Of a stretch of DNA of 64,000 bases, positions 40,079-53,182 are shown piece by piece. The translations under genes were made by a program, and so were the position numbers. The notes beneath the pieces are model-generated. The model was not told where the DNA came from, did no database searches, and saw nothing but the letters and a program-made list of their open reading frames with translations. Origin of the DNA: Minisyncoccota bacterium (GTDB taxonomy: Bacteria; Patescibacteriota; Microgenomatia; UBA1400; PJMF01); the NCBI GenBank assembly GCA_012515515.1, contig JAAYYE010000012.1:48604-112603 (forward strand), given 5' to 3'. How positions within the stretch are numbered: the stretch's first letter is position 1; the number at the start of each line of letters is the position of its first letter.

Positions 40079-41899
40079 ATGGCTCAGCTTTCGCGAATCA
40101 GAAATTTTTCTATTATTGCTCATGTCGATCACGGAAAAACCACTTTAACCGATGTTTTTTTGCGCTTAACCAATGCGGTGAGCAAATCGAAATTCCACGA
40201 ACGAATGATGGACTCTAATCCCATCGAACAAGAAAAAGGAGTGACTATTAAACTGGCTCCAGTGCGGATGAATTATAAAGGATATATCCTTAATTTAATT
40301 GATACACCAGGACATGTTGATTTTGCTTATGAAGTTAGTCGCTCGCTGGCCGCTTGCGAAGGAGCCGTTATGTTGGTTGATGCTACTCAGGGCGTACAAG
40401 CCCAAACCCTAGCCAACTATCAAAAGGCCAAGGATCTTGGTTTAAGCATTATTCCAGTGATCAATAAAATTGATTTGCCTTCAGCAAATATTGAACAATG
40501 TTTGCTAGAAATGATGGAAATTTTTAATTTTAAAGAAGATGAAATTTTGCAAGTAAGTGCTAAAACTGGTTCAGGCGTAGAAAAAATTTTAGAGACAATT
40601 ATTGAGAAAGTTCCACCACCTCAATTAACCCTGATCCAAGAAAGAACAAACAATAAATCAAACGCTAATGATGAAAATAAAAGCACTCAAGCCTTAATTA
40701 TCACTTCCAAATTCGACAATCATCAAGGAGCCATTGCCTATGTCAGAGTGGTTCGGGGTCAAATCGATAAAGAAAGCCTGCATTTAATATCTACCAACAC
40801 TAGTTTTAATCCAATTGAAATTGGCGTTTTTACTCCTGATCCGACCAAAAAAGAATTTCTTAGCGCTGGTGAGGTGGGTTACATTGCTACAGGATTAAAA
40901 GATACCAGTCAATTAAAAATTGGTGACACCATTACCAAGACCAAAGAAAGAAAATACGCTGGTAGCCTAGCTGGATATCAAGAACCACAAGTGATGGTGT
41001 TTATGGATCTTTATCCAATTGATAGTGCAGATTTTACTGAATTGAAGGAAGCGATGGCCAAATTACGCTTGCACGACAGTGCTCTTCAATATCAGGCCAC
41101 TAATTCGCCAGCTCTTGGCAATGGTTTAAGAGTGGGCTTTTTAGGTATTTTTCACGCAGAAATAGTTCAGGAAAGATTGCTTCGAGAATTTAATTTAGCA
41201 TTAATTAGCACTGCTCCTTCAATCACCTATCAAGTCACATTGTCCAATAATAATAGTATATTGATTCACAACCCCACAGAATTGCCTGATTCCAGTCAAA
41301 TTAAAGAAATTAAAGAGCCAATTTGTTCCCTCAATATTTTTACTCCAGAAAAATATTTATCCACAATTATGAAGTTTTGCCAAGAAAGACGAGCTGTCTT
41401 AAAAAACAGCTTGCGCGCAGGTAGTCGCAATCAACTTTACTATGAAATTCCTTTTGCAGAATTAGTTAGTGATTTTCACGATCAACTAAAATCAATCACT
41501 TCTGGTTTTGCCTCCATGGATTATCAACTAAGTCATTTTTCAGCGGTGGATGCGGTTAAAGTAGATATCGTAATTAATTTCAACAAAATAGAAGCGCTCA
41601 GCTTTATCACTATTAAAAGTAATGCTGATAAAAAAGCTAGAGCTATCGTCACCAAACTTAAAGAAGTTATACCTCGCCACATGTTTGAGGTGCCCATTCA
41701 AGCAGCCATCGGCGGCAAAATCATTGCTCGGGAAACCATTAAGGCCTTCCGCAAGGATGTGACTGCTAAGCTTTATGGTGGCGATCGCACCAGAAGAATG
41801 AAGCTCCTAAAAAAGCAAAGCATTGGTAAAAAGAGAATGAAACAGTTTGGACAAGTCCAACTGAATCAAGAAGCTTTTTTAGCTATTCTAGAAAATTAG
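40079..41899 (+). CDS. lepA: Elongation factor 4 (LepA)
   Basis: IRNFSIIAHVDHGKTTL G-domain, LepA-specific C-terminal domain. Confidence 0.92.
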   Translation: MAQLSRIRNFSIIAHVDHGKTTLTDVFLRLTNAVSKSKFHERMMDSNPIEQEKGVTIKLAPVRMNYKGYILNLIDTPGHVDFAYEVSRSLAACEGAVMLVDATQGVQAQTLANYQKAKDLGLSIIPVINKIDLPSANIEQCLLEMMEIFNFKEDEILQVSAKTGSGVEKILETIIEKVPPPQLTLIQERTNNKSNANDENKSTQALIITSKFDNHQGAIAYVRVVRGQIDKESLHLISTNTSFNPIEIGVFTPDPTKKEFLSAGEVGYIATGLKDTSQLKIGDTITKTKERKYAGSLAGYQEPQVMVFMDLYPIDSADFTELKEAMAKLRLHDSALQYQATNSPALGNGLRVGFLGIFHAEIVQERLLREFNLALISTAPSITYQVTLSNNNSILIHNPTELPDSSQIKEIKEPICSLNIFTPEKYLSTIMKFCQERRAVLKNSLRAGSRNQLYYEIPFAELVSDFHDQLKSITSGFASMDYQLSHFSAVDAVKVDIVINFNKIEALSFITIKSNADKKARAIVTKLKEVIPRHMFEVPIQAAIGGKIIARETIKAFRKDVTAKLYGGDRTRRMKLLKKQSIGKKRMKQFGQVQLNQEAFLAILEN

Positions 41900-42660
41900 A
41901 ATAAACTGTTCGGCTCAAATCTAAAATAGCGAATCTGAGCGTCATTGCGAATAGTTGTTAACCATTCTTGTTGAGCAGTAGCACGCTTCTCTTGAATTAA
42001 TTGAGCTTTGATATCTTCTTTGATTTCTGCAAAATCTACTCCATCGCCCAACAATTCTTTATTGCTTTCAAAATACTCTAATACTTCCTCGTCACTGGCT
42101 TGAATTTTATCAGCCAAAACTTTATCAATTTGCAAGTTGAGTTTGAGATCTTTTTTAATATCATCTCTGGTAACACCTTGCATGGCTAATAAATCATCTA
42201 GACTTTGCCCCTGGGCGCTTAGGCTTTCTTCAATTTCTTTTAGCTGAGTATCAACTTCTTCATCGCTCACCTTGATATCTAGCTTCTTAATTTCTTGTTT
42301 GACCACCTCCATAGTGACCAAGGAATCTAAAATTTGGCTAGCACCTTGATTTTCTAATTCTTTAATCACTTGAAAACGAGTAATCGGTTTACCATTCACC
42401 ATGGCAACAATTAATTGATCCTTCAAAAACAACATAGCTAAAGCGATTAAAAGAATAATAATCGGCCATAACAATTGTTTTGGCTTAAGTTCTTTTGGCG
42501 CTATTGCTTCTTTTTTAACTTCTGGTTCTTGAATTACTGCTTTTACAACTTTTTTTACTGGAGTTTTCGCAACTTTGACTGTTTTTTGCACTACTGGCTT
42601 TTTTGCAGGACTTGTCTTTTTAGCCTGAGTTTTGGCTTTTTTAGTTTTTTTAGCTGACAT
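41896..42660 (-). CDS. SurA N-terminal domain-like / PrsA-like periplasmic chaperone (no PPIase domain), K/A/P-rich N-terminus and TM
   Basis: Architecture: basic low-complexity N-term, TM LLWPIIILLIALAMLF, helical SurA_N-like region (LIVAMVNGKPITRFQV...). Confidence 0.35.
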   Translation of the reverse strand: MSAKKTKKAKTQAKKTSPAKKPVVQKTVKVAKTPVKKVVKAVIQEPEVKKEAIAPKELKPKQLLWPIIILLIALAMLFLKDQLIVAMVNGKPITRFQVIKELENQGASQILDSLVTMEVVKQEIKKLDIKVSDEEVDTQLKEIEESLSAQGQSLDDLLAMQGVTRDDIKKDLKLNLQIDKVLADKIQASDEEVLEYFESNKELLGDGVDFAEIKEDIKAQLIQEKRATAQQEWLTTIRNDAQIRYFRFEPNSLF

Positions 42661-42820
42661 ATCAACCTTTCTTTAATTAAAAGAATCTGATTTATTAAGC
42701 ATATTTAATAAAAAAATCAGACTGCTCCAAAGTTAACATTTTTTTTCAAAAATTACTAGGGGAAAAACCTTTTATTAACATGTATAATAGTTACTGATAT
42801 AATTAAAATAAGATAAATTA

Positions 42821-43444
42821 ATGAAAAAACCAGTAAGACAAATCGATGATTATTCAGAAGTCATGCGACAAGAGACTCCAAGTAATAATTGTCTAAGAGC
42901 TTTTATCCCCAAACCTAAAAAAATTTCTTTTGAAATTCAAGATCATGAGGAAAAAATTGTTCTAGTGCTACGACAGCATCCAATTACTCAGATTAAAAGC
43001 GTGCTCATGATCCTTTTCTTGTTTGTATTTCTACCGTTCTTACTAAAAGTAGCTGGCTTGACTGCTGTTCTTCCAGATAAATTTAGAGTTGCTGGAAATA
43101 TTTTCCTTTTCTTTCTAGCTATTGGTATAGCTTTCCGTTCCTTTCTAATGTGGTTTTTTAACGTTTACATTATTACCGATGAAAGAATTATTGACGTTGA
43201 TTTTATATCAATGATTTATAAAAATATTTCCACTGCAAAAATAGATAATATCGAAGATATTACCAAAAAATCCTCAGGTATCGTTGCTAATCTTTTTGAT
43301 TATGGCACGATCTTAATTCAAACAGCTGCAACCAAGAATGAGTTTGAATTTGATCATGTTCCTCATCCAGCAAAAGTAGTTAAATTGCTAAATGAATTAG
43401 TGATCGAAGAAGAAAGAGAAAAAATTGAAGGGAGAGTTAATTAG
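42821..43444 (+). CDS. Membrane protein with bacterial PH (bPH_2/YdbS-like) domain
   Basis: Two TM helices followed by ITDERIIDVDF...GTILIQTA pattern typical of membrane-flanked bPH domain. Confidence 0.45.
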   Translation: MKKPVRQIDDYSEVMRQETPSNNCLRAFIPKPKKISFEIQDHEEKIVLVLRQHPITQIKSVLMILFLFVFLPFLLKVAGLTAVLPDKFRVAGNIFLFFLAIGIAFRSFLMWFFNVYIITDERIIDVDFISMIYKNISTAKIDNIEDITKKSSGIVANLFDYGTILIQTAATKNEFEFDHVPHPAKVVKLLNELVIEEEREKIEGRVN

Positions 43445-43668
43445 TGCCAGAATTTTATCTTAATCAAAATTTTATTTCTATCTTACTTAAAATTTTTTTT
43501 GTGCTTGGAGCAAGTTTTTATCTGGTTTATTCTGTAGTTGTTGTCCGACAAATTACAGTCATGAAAAAAACTTTAATTACTGGTTTTAGCAGTGTGATTA
43601 ATTTGTTGGGAATGATTAATCTAGTTATGGCTGCAATACTCTTGCTTGCCTTTATATTGTTTCTCTAA
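43444..43668 (+). CDS. Small hypothetical membrane protein (2 TM)
   Basis: ORF only; overlaps stop of upstream gene. Confidence 0.25.
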   Translation: MPEFYLNQNFISILLKIFFVLGASFYLVYSVVVVRQITVMKKTLITGFSSVINLLGMINLVMAAILLLAFILFL

Positions 43669-43678
43669 TAAAAAAACC

Positions 43679-43806
43679 CTTGGTTCTGGCCTCGACCTAT
43701 CTTCGCAAGGGGAAACCCCTAACTATTGTCAGCGCTGAGACGTTTCAAGACTCTGTTCGGGATGGGAAGAGTTGGGACCATCTCGCTCCAGAGACCAGAA
43801 CCAAAG
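43679..43806 (-). rRNA. rrf: 5S ribosomal RNA
   Basis: Minus-strand ...GATGGTCCCAACTCTTCCCATCCCGAACAGAGTCTTGAAACG... with helix I pairing CCTTTGGTTCTGG/CCAGAACCAAGG. Confidence 0.85.
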
Positions 43807-43904
43807 GTTTTTTATTTATTTGTTAATTATATAGCACAACTGTGCTTAAACATGTGAAGAAGTCAACCGTCACCCAATAATAGTCTTGAGAATTAACGAA
43901 AACT

Positions 43905-46823
<2,919 letters not shown>

Positions 46824-47020
46824 CGAATCATTGAAGTCTTCATTTTTTCTCGACTATTATTGAATAACAGTTGATAAAATTCTTCACATGTTAAAGAACA
46901 GTTGTTTGCCAAACAAACATTTTAACAATATTTGGTGGCTACTTATTAGCCTCTAGAAGTTCCGTTAGGAAAACATCCAAAGCCTAATAAGCAAACACCA
47001 ATTTAATTTTAATTATAGAG

Positions 47021-47094
47021 TGGACCCTAAGGGGCTCGAACCCTTGACCTCCACATTGCAAATGTGGCGCTCTAGCCAACTGAGCTAAGGGCCC
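47021..47094 (-). tRNA. tRNA-Ala (UGC)
   Basis: GGGCCCT...CCACA-TTTGCAA-TGTGG...GGGTTCGAGCCCC...AGGGTCC-A with G3.U70 identity pair. Confidence 0.9.
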
Positions 47095-47189
47095 AATTTT
47101 AAGCCGCTGTCAAAAACCACGCTATTCTATTTGTTGACGGAGGGAATCCTGATGGGTAGACCCATAACGGATTGTCGCGAGGAGTTGTA

Positions 47190-47218
47190 ATTATAAAATC
47201 AAACAAATAAGAATGCAA
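47190..47218 (-). promoter_or_regulatory. Sigma70-like promoter for tRNA-Ala-23S-5S transcription unit (TTGCAT-17-TATAAT)
   Basis: Minus-strand -35 at 47213-47218, -10 at 47190-47195; about 90 nt upstream of tRNA-Ala. Confidence 0.45.
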
Positions 47219-47241
47219 GAGCAAATCAGACTAAAATTTAC

Positions 47242-49581
47242 TTACAATAATTGCGCTCGCTGACCGATTTCCTCTTCAAGTAATTCTTTGTCCTTGCCGT
47301 ATTTAAGCCGTGATAGTTTTTTAATTAGTTCTGATAATTTAGGATTCATTTTGGCCTCCTGAGCCTTAATGTCTTTTAAGAGTGACATGCTAAACGCACT
47401 TACCGGTTGATTATCAACAATAGTCTTTATATAAGCGTGATATTTATCGACATTGGCCAAGTCTGTTTCATTAAAAGTTGGTGAGAATTCATGTTGTAAA
47501 AAATTAGCATCAGTGACACCGACGCGAAAAGCCACCATCGTCCCCACATTACCAAAAACAGCATTTTTAATATCTTCTTCGATTTGACCAATAAATTGGT
47601 TAGCGACTATTAAATTTAAGCGATATTTACGAGCTTCAGACAAAATAGAAGCAAAATCTTCGGTGGCAAAGTTTTGAAATTCATCCACATAAAGGAAAAA
47701 GTCATTACGTTTCTCCATCGCGACATTTTGACGACTCATGGCAGCGGTTAAAATTTTAGGCACTAAAATTAAACCCAAAAATTTAGCATCTTCTTCACCA
47801 ATGACGCCTTTACTCAAATTACACAGAATAATTTTCTTCTCATCCATTGCCTTGCGAAAATCAAAAGCACTTTCACTTTGGCCAATGATGTTGCGCATGG
47901 TTTTGTTGGTCACAAAACGACCAAATTTCGAAACAATATAATCTAAGACTTCAGATTTGTGGAAATCACTGGTGCTCGCAATCTGGTCAGTCCAATAGCG
48001 CTTAACCATCGGATCTTTGACAAAAGGCAAATAATCTTCAACATATTTAGAATCAGTCAAAATTCTTACCAATTCAATAAAAGTTGCTCCAGGCTTGGCC
48101 ATAATGGTTAACATTCCATTGCGAATGGCGTGCTCAAAACGTGGACCAACAATTCCTGTTCGATGAGGATCGTAGAGCTTATACATTAAACCGATTACCG
48201 CGCTGGCCATAAATTGTTGCTGCTCTTCATTATGGGCTTCCATAATGTTCATCCCCAGTGGTCGCTCAGTATCGGCTGGATTAAAATAAATAACATCCTC
48301 GGCTCTTTCTGGAGGCATTAATTGCAATAAATCCTCAACCAGATCGCCGTGAGGATCAATGACTGCCACTCCTTGGCCGTTTTGAATATCCTGCAGAGCC
48401 AAATCTTTCAAAAATTCTGATTTACCTGTGCCTGTTTTTCCAATGATATAAGTGTGACGACGGCGATCTTCAAGAGACATATAAATCCCTCGTTCGACGC
48501 CTCGATATTTTGATTTACCCAAATACAAGCCTTTAGTGGGAATTTTATTTGAGGCTGGTGCGCTTTTAGCACTTAACCAACGCATATGGTGAGTTTCAAC
48601 TGTTTTATTAGGGAAATGCATTAGAGTAGCTAGTTCTTCAGTATTCAGAATGGTTTTTCTTAAGGGAATAAAAGACAGGTAGCGGTAAATAAAGTCGATC
48701 ATAAATGAGTGTTTAAAAAGGATGTTTCTTCTTTTAAATTCGTTATAAGGAGAAGAAAACTGAGAAAAAGCGCCAATTAAATTATTTAAATGAGCTTTGG
48801 CAGTCATGTCATTATTGGCTGAAACAACCATACGAATAGCAGTTTTAAAACCTGGTTTACTAATTTTAGTATTAATGGCTTCAACTTCTTTGGGGTCATG
48901 AGTGTAACTAGCTGTATCTGGATTAGCTTCTTGTTTTTTTTGCTTTTGATTATGACGTTCGCCTTTTATCTGCCAACCCCTTCCGGCCGGTTGCAGTAAA
49001 ATTTGTAAAGTGGCTCCTTCACCATCACTCATTTTCGATAAGGCACTGGTAATTAAAGACAAACCATCAGTTGGCAAATCTTTGTAAGTTTTAATTGGAT
49101 AAAAACTGGCTTTATCCAACTTTAGATCACTAAACGCGACTCGACCCGTATCACTAAAAATATTAACTTCATCGACTTCACTAATGGCCGCTGATGGATA
49201 AGCTCCATTAATTTGTTTTTCTACCAAATCTTGAATATGGCGAGGACAAGTAACATAAAAAGCAATATCTTCTTTCAGACCTATAATTTCAAAACCAATA
49301 GTTTCTTCAGGTTCTAAGAATGAAAAAGCGCCAACCTTTTTTAGTGAATAAAGACCTGCAAACATTTGTTCCGCAGCATCAATCTTAATTTCATTACTTT
49401 TTGGCAACTTAACCAGTAAGGTGACAAAATTAAGAGCATATTTCTCTCGACGCCTATTTTTAATAAAGATGCTTAGAGAATAAAGTAAAAAAGCTACTAC
49501 ACCCACCAAAATTAAAACCGTTAAAAAATTTAAGACAAAATTATTGGCGCTAGATAGTATTTGTTCTCCTTGTGGCGACAT
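47242..49581 (-). CDS. VirB4/TraG(VirD4)-family conjugation/type IV secretion-like P-loop ATPase with single N-terminal TM
   Basis: Walker A HTYIIGKTGTGKSEF, VAVIDPHGD, Walker B LYVDEFQNF, ARKYRLNLIVANQ (TrwB/TraD-like arginine finger region); Walker A at about residue 390 of 779 as in VirB4. Confidence 0.55.
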   Translation of the reverse strand: MSPQGEQILSSANNFVLNFLTVLILVGVVAFLLYSLSIFIKNRRREKYALNFVTLLVKLPKSNEIKIDAAEQMFAGLYSLKKVGAFSFLEPEETIGFEIIGLKEDIAFYVTCPRHIQDLVEKQINGAYPSAAISEVDEVNIFSDTGRVAFSDLKLDKASFYPIKTYKDLPTDGLSLITSALSKMSDGEGATLQILLQPAGRGWQIKGERHNQKQKKQEANPDTASYTHDPKEVEAINTKISKPGFKTAIRMVVSANNDMTAKAHLNNLIGAFSQFSSPYNEFKRRNILFKHSFMIDFIYRYLSFIPLRKTILNTEELATLMHFPNKTVETHHMRWLSAKSAPASNKIPTKGLYLGKSKYRGVERGIYMSLEDRRRHTYIIGKTGTGKSEFLKDLALQDIQNGQGVAVIDPHGDLVEDLLQLMPPERAEDVIYFNPADTERPLGMNIMEAHNEEQQQFMASAVIGLMYKLYDPHRTGIVGPRFEHAIRNGMLTIMAKPGATFIELVRILTDSKYVEDYLPFVKDPMVKRYWTDQIASTSDFHKSEVLDYIVSKFGRFVTNKTMRNIIGQSESAFDFRKAMDEKKIILCNLSKGVIGEEDAKFLGLILVPKILTAAMSRQNVAMEKRNDFFLYVDEFQNFATEDFASILSEARKYRLNLIVANQFIGQIEEDIKNAVFGNVGTMVAFRVGVTDANFLQHEFSPTFNETDLANVDKYHAYIKTIVDNQPVSAFSMSLLKDIKAQEAKMNPKLSELIKKLSRLKYGKDKELLEEEIGQRAQLL

Positions 49582-49614
49582 ACTTGTTTATTTTATTCTA
49601 ATATTTTATCAATT

Positions 49615-50319
49615 TTAAACATCAGTACTATTTTCGACTTCTTCTTTATATAGTACTGCTCCTGAGAAAATTTTTCTGATTTTATCAGCCCATTCGGCTA
49701 ACCAACGCAAACTAAAATTCAGGCCTTTTTTCTTGGCTTCTGTTTTTTGCTTTTCTGTAATGGGTAAAACAACCACCGGTTTAACCTGGCTTGGCGCGGT
49801 CTGGGCTTGACCAGCAAGCTGATCTATGGCGCTTTGTTGTTTTTCGGCCAGCTCTTTGGCTTCTTGCTCTCGATCAACTTCTTTGATTTCGCTCAATTCT
49901 TGACCAAGCTCTCTTATTTCTGAAGCTTCGCTGGATTTAATTAGTTCCGCTACTGGAGCGTTTTCACTAGCTTGCTGCTCAGTTGAGGGAGTTTTTTCTG
50001 GAGCTACTTGAGTTTCTAGCTGGCTATTGCCCAGCTCAGCTAAATCTAGCTGAGCTTCTGGCACAGCCGTATCAGCCGGTCGAATTAATTCTTTTTGACG
50101 CGACTGAGTTGATGAAGCAGCTGGTCGTTGTTGCTCAACTTCATTGATGGCATCTTCCAGCAAGTCTAAGGCTTGTCGATTTGATATTAAGTTTGTTGAT
50201 TTATCACTGGAGAGTGACTGAGCAGTTAAAAATTGAGCCAAGTTTGGATATTTCTTCAAGTCTAGATTTTGTAATAAAGGAACTGTAGCTCGATCGTTAG
50301 GCATGAATCCATCATACAA
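49615..50319 (-). CDS. Hypothetical acidic protein
   Basis: ORF only; E/Q/A-rich, no TM. Confidence 0.3.
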   Translation of the reverse strand: MYDGFMPNDRATVPLLQNLDLKKYPNLAQFLTAQSLSSDKSTNLISNRQALDLLEDAINEVEQQRPAASSTQSRQKELIRPADTAVPEAQLDLAELGNSQLETQVAPEKTPSTEQQASENAPVAELIKSSEASEIRELGQELSEIKEVDREQEAKELAEKQQSAIDQLAGQAQTAPSQVKPVVVLPITEKQKTEAKKKGLNFSLRWLAEWADKIRKIFSGAVLYKEEVENSTDV

Positions 50320-50346
50320 GTTTTTGCTTGAGAAAAAAAGAGAGAG

Positions 50347-50865
50347 TTAAAAAAGGCTTAAATAGAGCTTGTCCCCCAACATTTCTTCTGACAGAAAATC
50401 TGGATTGGTCTCGAGCACCCAATCTACTTTTTGAGGCGATGGATAAATCGGCAAGGTATCGGTGGGAGTTGTTGGTTCAGGTGCCAGTGCCCGCCTCGTA
50501 CAATTTACTAATTTTTTATCCTCTATCCAGCAAATATCGATGTCGAATTGCACATCTTTCATCCAAAATTGCCGAATTTTTGTTTCTGGAAAAATAAAGA
50601 GCATGCCGTCAATCTCTTGGCCATTAATGCTTTGTAATTGCGAACGAGATGACAAGCCTTGCCGCACAGAATTTTCACTTTTTGCCACCTCAACTAATAG
50701 AGTTTGTCCTTGACGAGAAAAAAAGTTGTTTTTGATCTGCAATTTGACTAATTGACCATCTTTAACAAAAAACTGCCAAAGCTGACTCTGATAAAACAGT
50801 ATTAAACAAACAAAGAAAAAGACTACTACTATTAATAGTTTAATTTTTTTAAGCTTATTTGACAT
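50347..50865 (-). CDS. DUF192 (COG1430) family protein with N-terminal TM
   Basis: GMLFIFP...FWMKDVQFDIDICWI pattern typical of DUF192. Confidence 0.45.
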   Translation of the reverse strand: MSNKLKKIKLLIVVVFFFVCLILFYQSQLWQFFVKDGQLVKLQIKNNFFSRQGQTLLVEVAKSENSVRQGLSSRSQLQSINGQEIDGMLFIFPETKIRQFWMKDVQFDIDICWIEDKKLVNCTRRALAPEPTTPTDTLPIYPSPQKVDWVLETNPDFLSEEMLGDKLYLSLF

Positions 50866-50880
50866 TGAGCGCTCAAGTAA

Positions 50881-51384
50881 TTAGTAAAGTAATAAAAACA
50901 ATATTAATAAAAAATAGGCAGATGAAACTATTTGAATAATCCTCATCTCAGATAAATTTACTCGCTTCTTGGTGTTTTGCAAAAAATTTTGATTAAAAAG
51001 ATCTTCTTTAGTACTCAATTGCCAAATTTCAATCAATATGACTAAATTGAGTGCCATGATTAGACCTATGCCAACCACACTACCCGTAGAAGTGAGCACG
51101 AAAATACTTAAAAAAGGTAAAATTAAAATAAATAAGGGACTGCGCGTAATTAAGATTTTCTCTTCTAGTTCATCAAGATAGATTTTTTGCAAATATTTTT
51201 CATCACCCAACATTAAAAATAAGCCCAAGCCGTATGAAAAAATAAATAATAAAATTTGCGACCATGAATTACTTATGTCCCAGTGCTGCTTGATCAACAA
51301 AAACAAAACAAAAAGGATTAAAACCACTAATAAAATAATTTTTTTAACTTGCTCTTCTTTCTTATTAAATATCTTCATAAGCAA
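50881..51384 (-). CDS. Hypothetical polytopic membrane protein
   Basis: 4-5 TM helices; ORF only. Confidence 0.3.
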   Translation of the reverse strand: MLMKIFNKKEEQVKKIILLVVLILFVLFLLIKQHWDISNSWSQILLFIFSYGLGLFLMLGDEKYLQKIYLDELEEKILITRSPLFILILPFLSIFVLTSTGSVVGIGLIMALNLVILIEIWQLSTKEDLFNQNFLQNTKKRVNLSEMRIIQIVSSAYFLLILFLLLY

Positions 51385-51392
51385 AATTACAT

Positions 51393-52631
51393 TTAATTAT
51401 TAAAACCTTTTAAAGATAAAATTTTCTGGCTAGTTTGATCAACCAATCTTTGAAAATCTAAAGATTCTTCATATTTGCTCTCCAAATCATTAATGAGGGA
51501 ATTTAATTGGGCGTAATCAAAGCCTTTGCCGAAAAGCAAAACATGATTGCCAGCTTCAATTGCTTCAATGGCAATTGTTGAAAGGGGCTTTTTTTCCTTA
51601 CTTCCAGGTATATAACTGGCCGATTCCATTAATAAATCATCAGTAATTACTAAGACATTAGGATAAAACTGAAAAAGTTGATCCAAACACTGTTTGCTTA
51701 AAGAACAGGCTTGACCAGCTAATTTATCTTGGATTCGCACGTGAGTCGACATTACTCCAATATTGGGATATTGATCTAAAATTTTTTCAAAAATTAAAGT
51801 ATCGTTTTTATCTAAAATCACTGTGTCTTGATTGAAATGTAAATCCTGCGCAATACTGCCAATTCCAGGAAAATGTTTCAAAACTGGCATAATTCGCCAA
51901 TTGGAAAAAGCCCTAATATATTCCTGAGCAACTTGCACAATATTATCTGGATCATTGCCAATTCTACTGCTTAAAATCGGATTGTGTGTTGGCGAATAAT
52001 CCACCATCGGCGCTAAAATTAAATTAATGCCCGCTTCAGATAATTCTTGAGCTGATTGATTAAGCAGCTTATTTCTCTCTCTAGCATTAAGTGATGTTGA
52101 GTCCACATCATCTTCAGAAGAGCTAACGCTCTCAGTAAATAGGCGCATGCTGGGCAAAATACTAAAGCCTTCTCCACTGAAACGTTGCACTAGGCCCCCT
52201 TCATGATCAACAGCTAACAAGGGCAAAAATTGGGACTCAAAGTGATCAAGTAAAAAGCTTTGATATTTTTTTGCTGCTGCGTAAGAAATTTCTTCACCAA
52301 AATAGATGATGAAGCCTGGTTTGTGTTCGATTAATAATTTTAGGGTTTCATTTTCTTCTAAATTAATGTCATTATTTACAGAATCTGTGTTGCTATCTTC
52401 AGCGGAGATTTCATGTTCAATCACTAGAGGCAACATTAGCATTTGACTAATTTTTTCTCTAGTAGTTAAATCGGTAAGACTTAACTCTTGTTCTTGCTCT
52501 TCTGGCAAATCAGCTGGCTCATCTAGAACTGGTTCGGGAAAATACTTTAAAAAGGGTTGTGCAAAATAGTTGTAAGCTAAAAAAGCTGCTAAAAGTGCTA
52601 AACAAACAATTAAAAGATTGCGCCATTTCAT
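51393..52631 (-). CDS. nagZ: Beta-N-acetylhexosaminidase, GH3 (NagZ-like), secreted
   Basis: Signal peptide; KHFPGIG motif and GH3 N-terminal domain layout. Confidence 0.65.
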   Translation of the reverse strand: MKWRNLLIVCLALLAAFLAYNYFAQPFLKYFPEPVLDEPADLPEEQEQELSLTDLTTREKISQMLMLPLVIEHEISAEDSNTDSVNNDINLEENETLKLLIEHKPGFIIYFGEEISYAAAKKYQSFLLDHFESQFLPLLAVDHEGGLVQRFSGEGFSILPSMRLFTESVSSSEDDVDSTSLNARERNKLLNQSAQELSEAGINLILAPMVDYSPTHNPILSSRIGNDPDNIVQVAQEYIRAFSNWRIMPVLKHFPGIGSIAQDLHFNQDTVILDKNDTLIFEKILDQYPNIGVMSTHVRIQDKLAGQACSLSKQCLDQLFQFYPNVLVITDDLLMESASYIPGSKEKKPLSTIAIEAIEAGNHVLLFGKGFDYAQLNSLINDLESKYEESLDFQRLVDQTSQKILSLKGFNN

Positions 52632-52643
52632 AAAATCATTTTA

Positions 52644-53138
52644 CTAAAGTTTTTGCTTTTTCTCGCCTGCTGTTTTACTTTGCTTGGCTGTTTTCTCTTT
52701 TTTAAGCAGATCTAGTTTCCACATAAAAAGCTTGGCTTTGCTTCTAGCATTGTGCGCATCACTTACAAAAGCCAAAGCCTGTTCCAGAATCGCTCGAGGA
52801 TAAGTTTTAGCTAATTTAATATACAGCGAAGTGCGAGCTTGATCTTCTAAAACAGTAGCCATATGACAGCCAAAAGCTTGGAATTCTTGGCTAATATATT
52901 TATTACTAGCCTTGATGGGATGATTGCTCAGCAAGTCAGATATCGCGCTAAATGGCTGCTTTTGCTGGCCAAAATCTTGATTTAGATCGCTGTCTTTTCT
53001 TAGTTCATTATCTTTTTTTTGAGAGTTTTGCCTTAAACCTAGCTCTTTATTTTTGCTCAATAAATTGTCATCAAAAAGAGTTTGTTCGGTGATTTTGATT
53101 GATTTAGCTTGTTTTTTACTTTTTCTTGTAAGAGGCAT
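52644..53138 (-). CDS. Hypothetical basic protein
   Basis: ORF only. Confidence 0.25.
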   Translation of the reverse strand: MPLTRKSKKQAKSIKITEQTLFDDNLLSKNKELGLRQNSQKKDNELRKDSDLNQDFGQQKQPFSAISDLLSNHPIKASNKYISQEFQAFGCHMATVLEDQARTSLYIKLAKTYPRAILEQALAFVSDAHNARSKAKLFMWKLDLLKKEKTAKQSKTAGEKKQKL

Positions 53139-53182
53139 AAAAAGTTTACTTTTTTGCTATTGTAAAAGCAAAAAGAAACAAA

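Noticed and set aside
42696-42735. Imperfect long hairpin (TCTGATTTATTAA...TTAATAAAAAAATCAGA) in the divergent region between the SurA-like gene and the bPH-domain gene
   Set aside because: No adjacent U-run in a sensible orientation for a terminator and no recognisable operator consensus. Possibly regulatory but not supportable.
47095-47241. Searched for tRNA-Ile or a 16S 3' end upstream of tRNA-Ala
   Set aside because: The region contains only a promoter-like segment and an 88-nt leader with a small palindrome (TGGGTAGACCCA). There is no tRNA fold or 16S signature.
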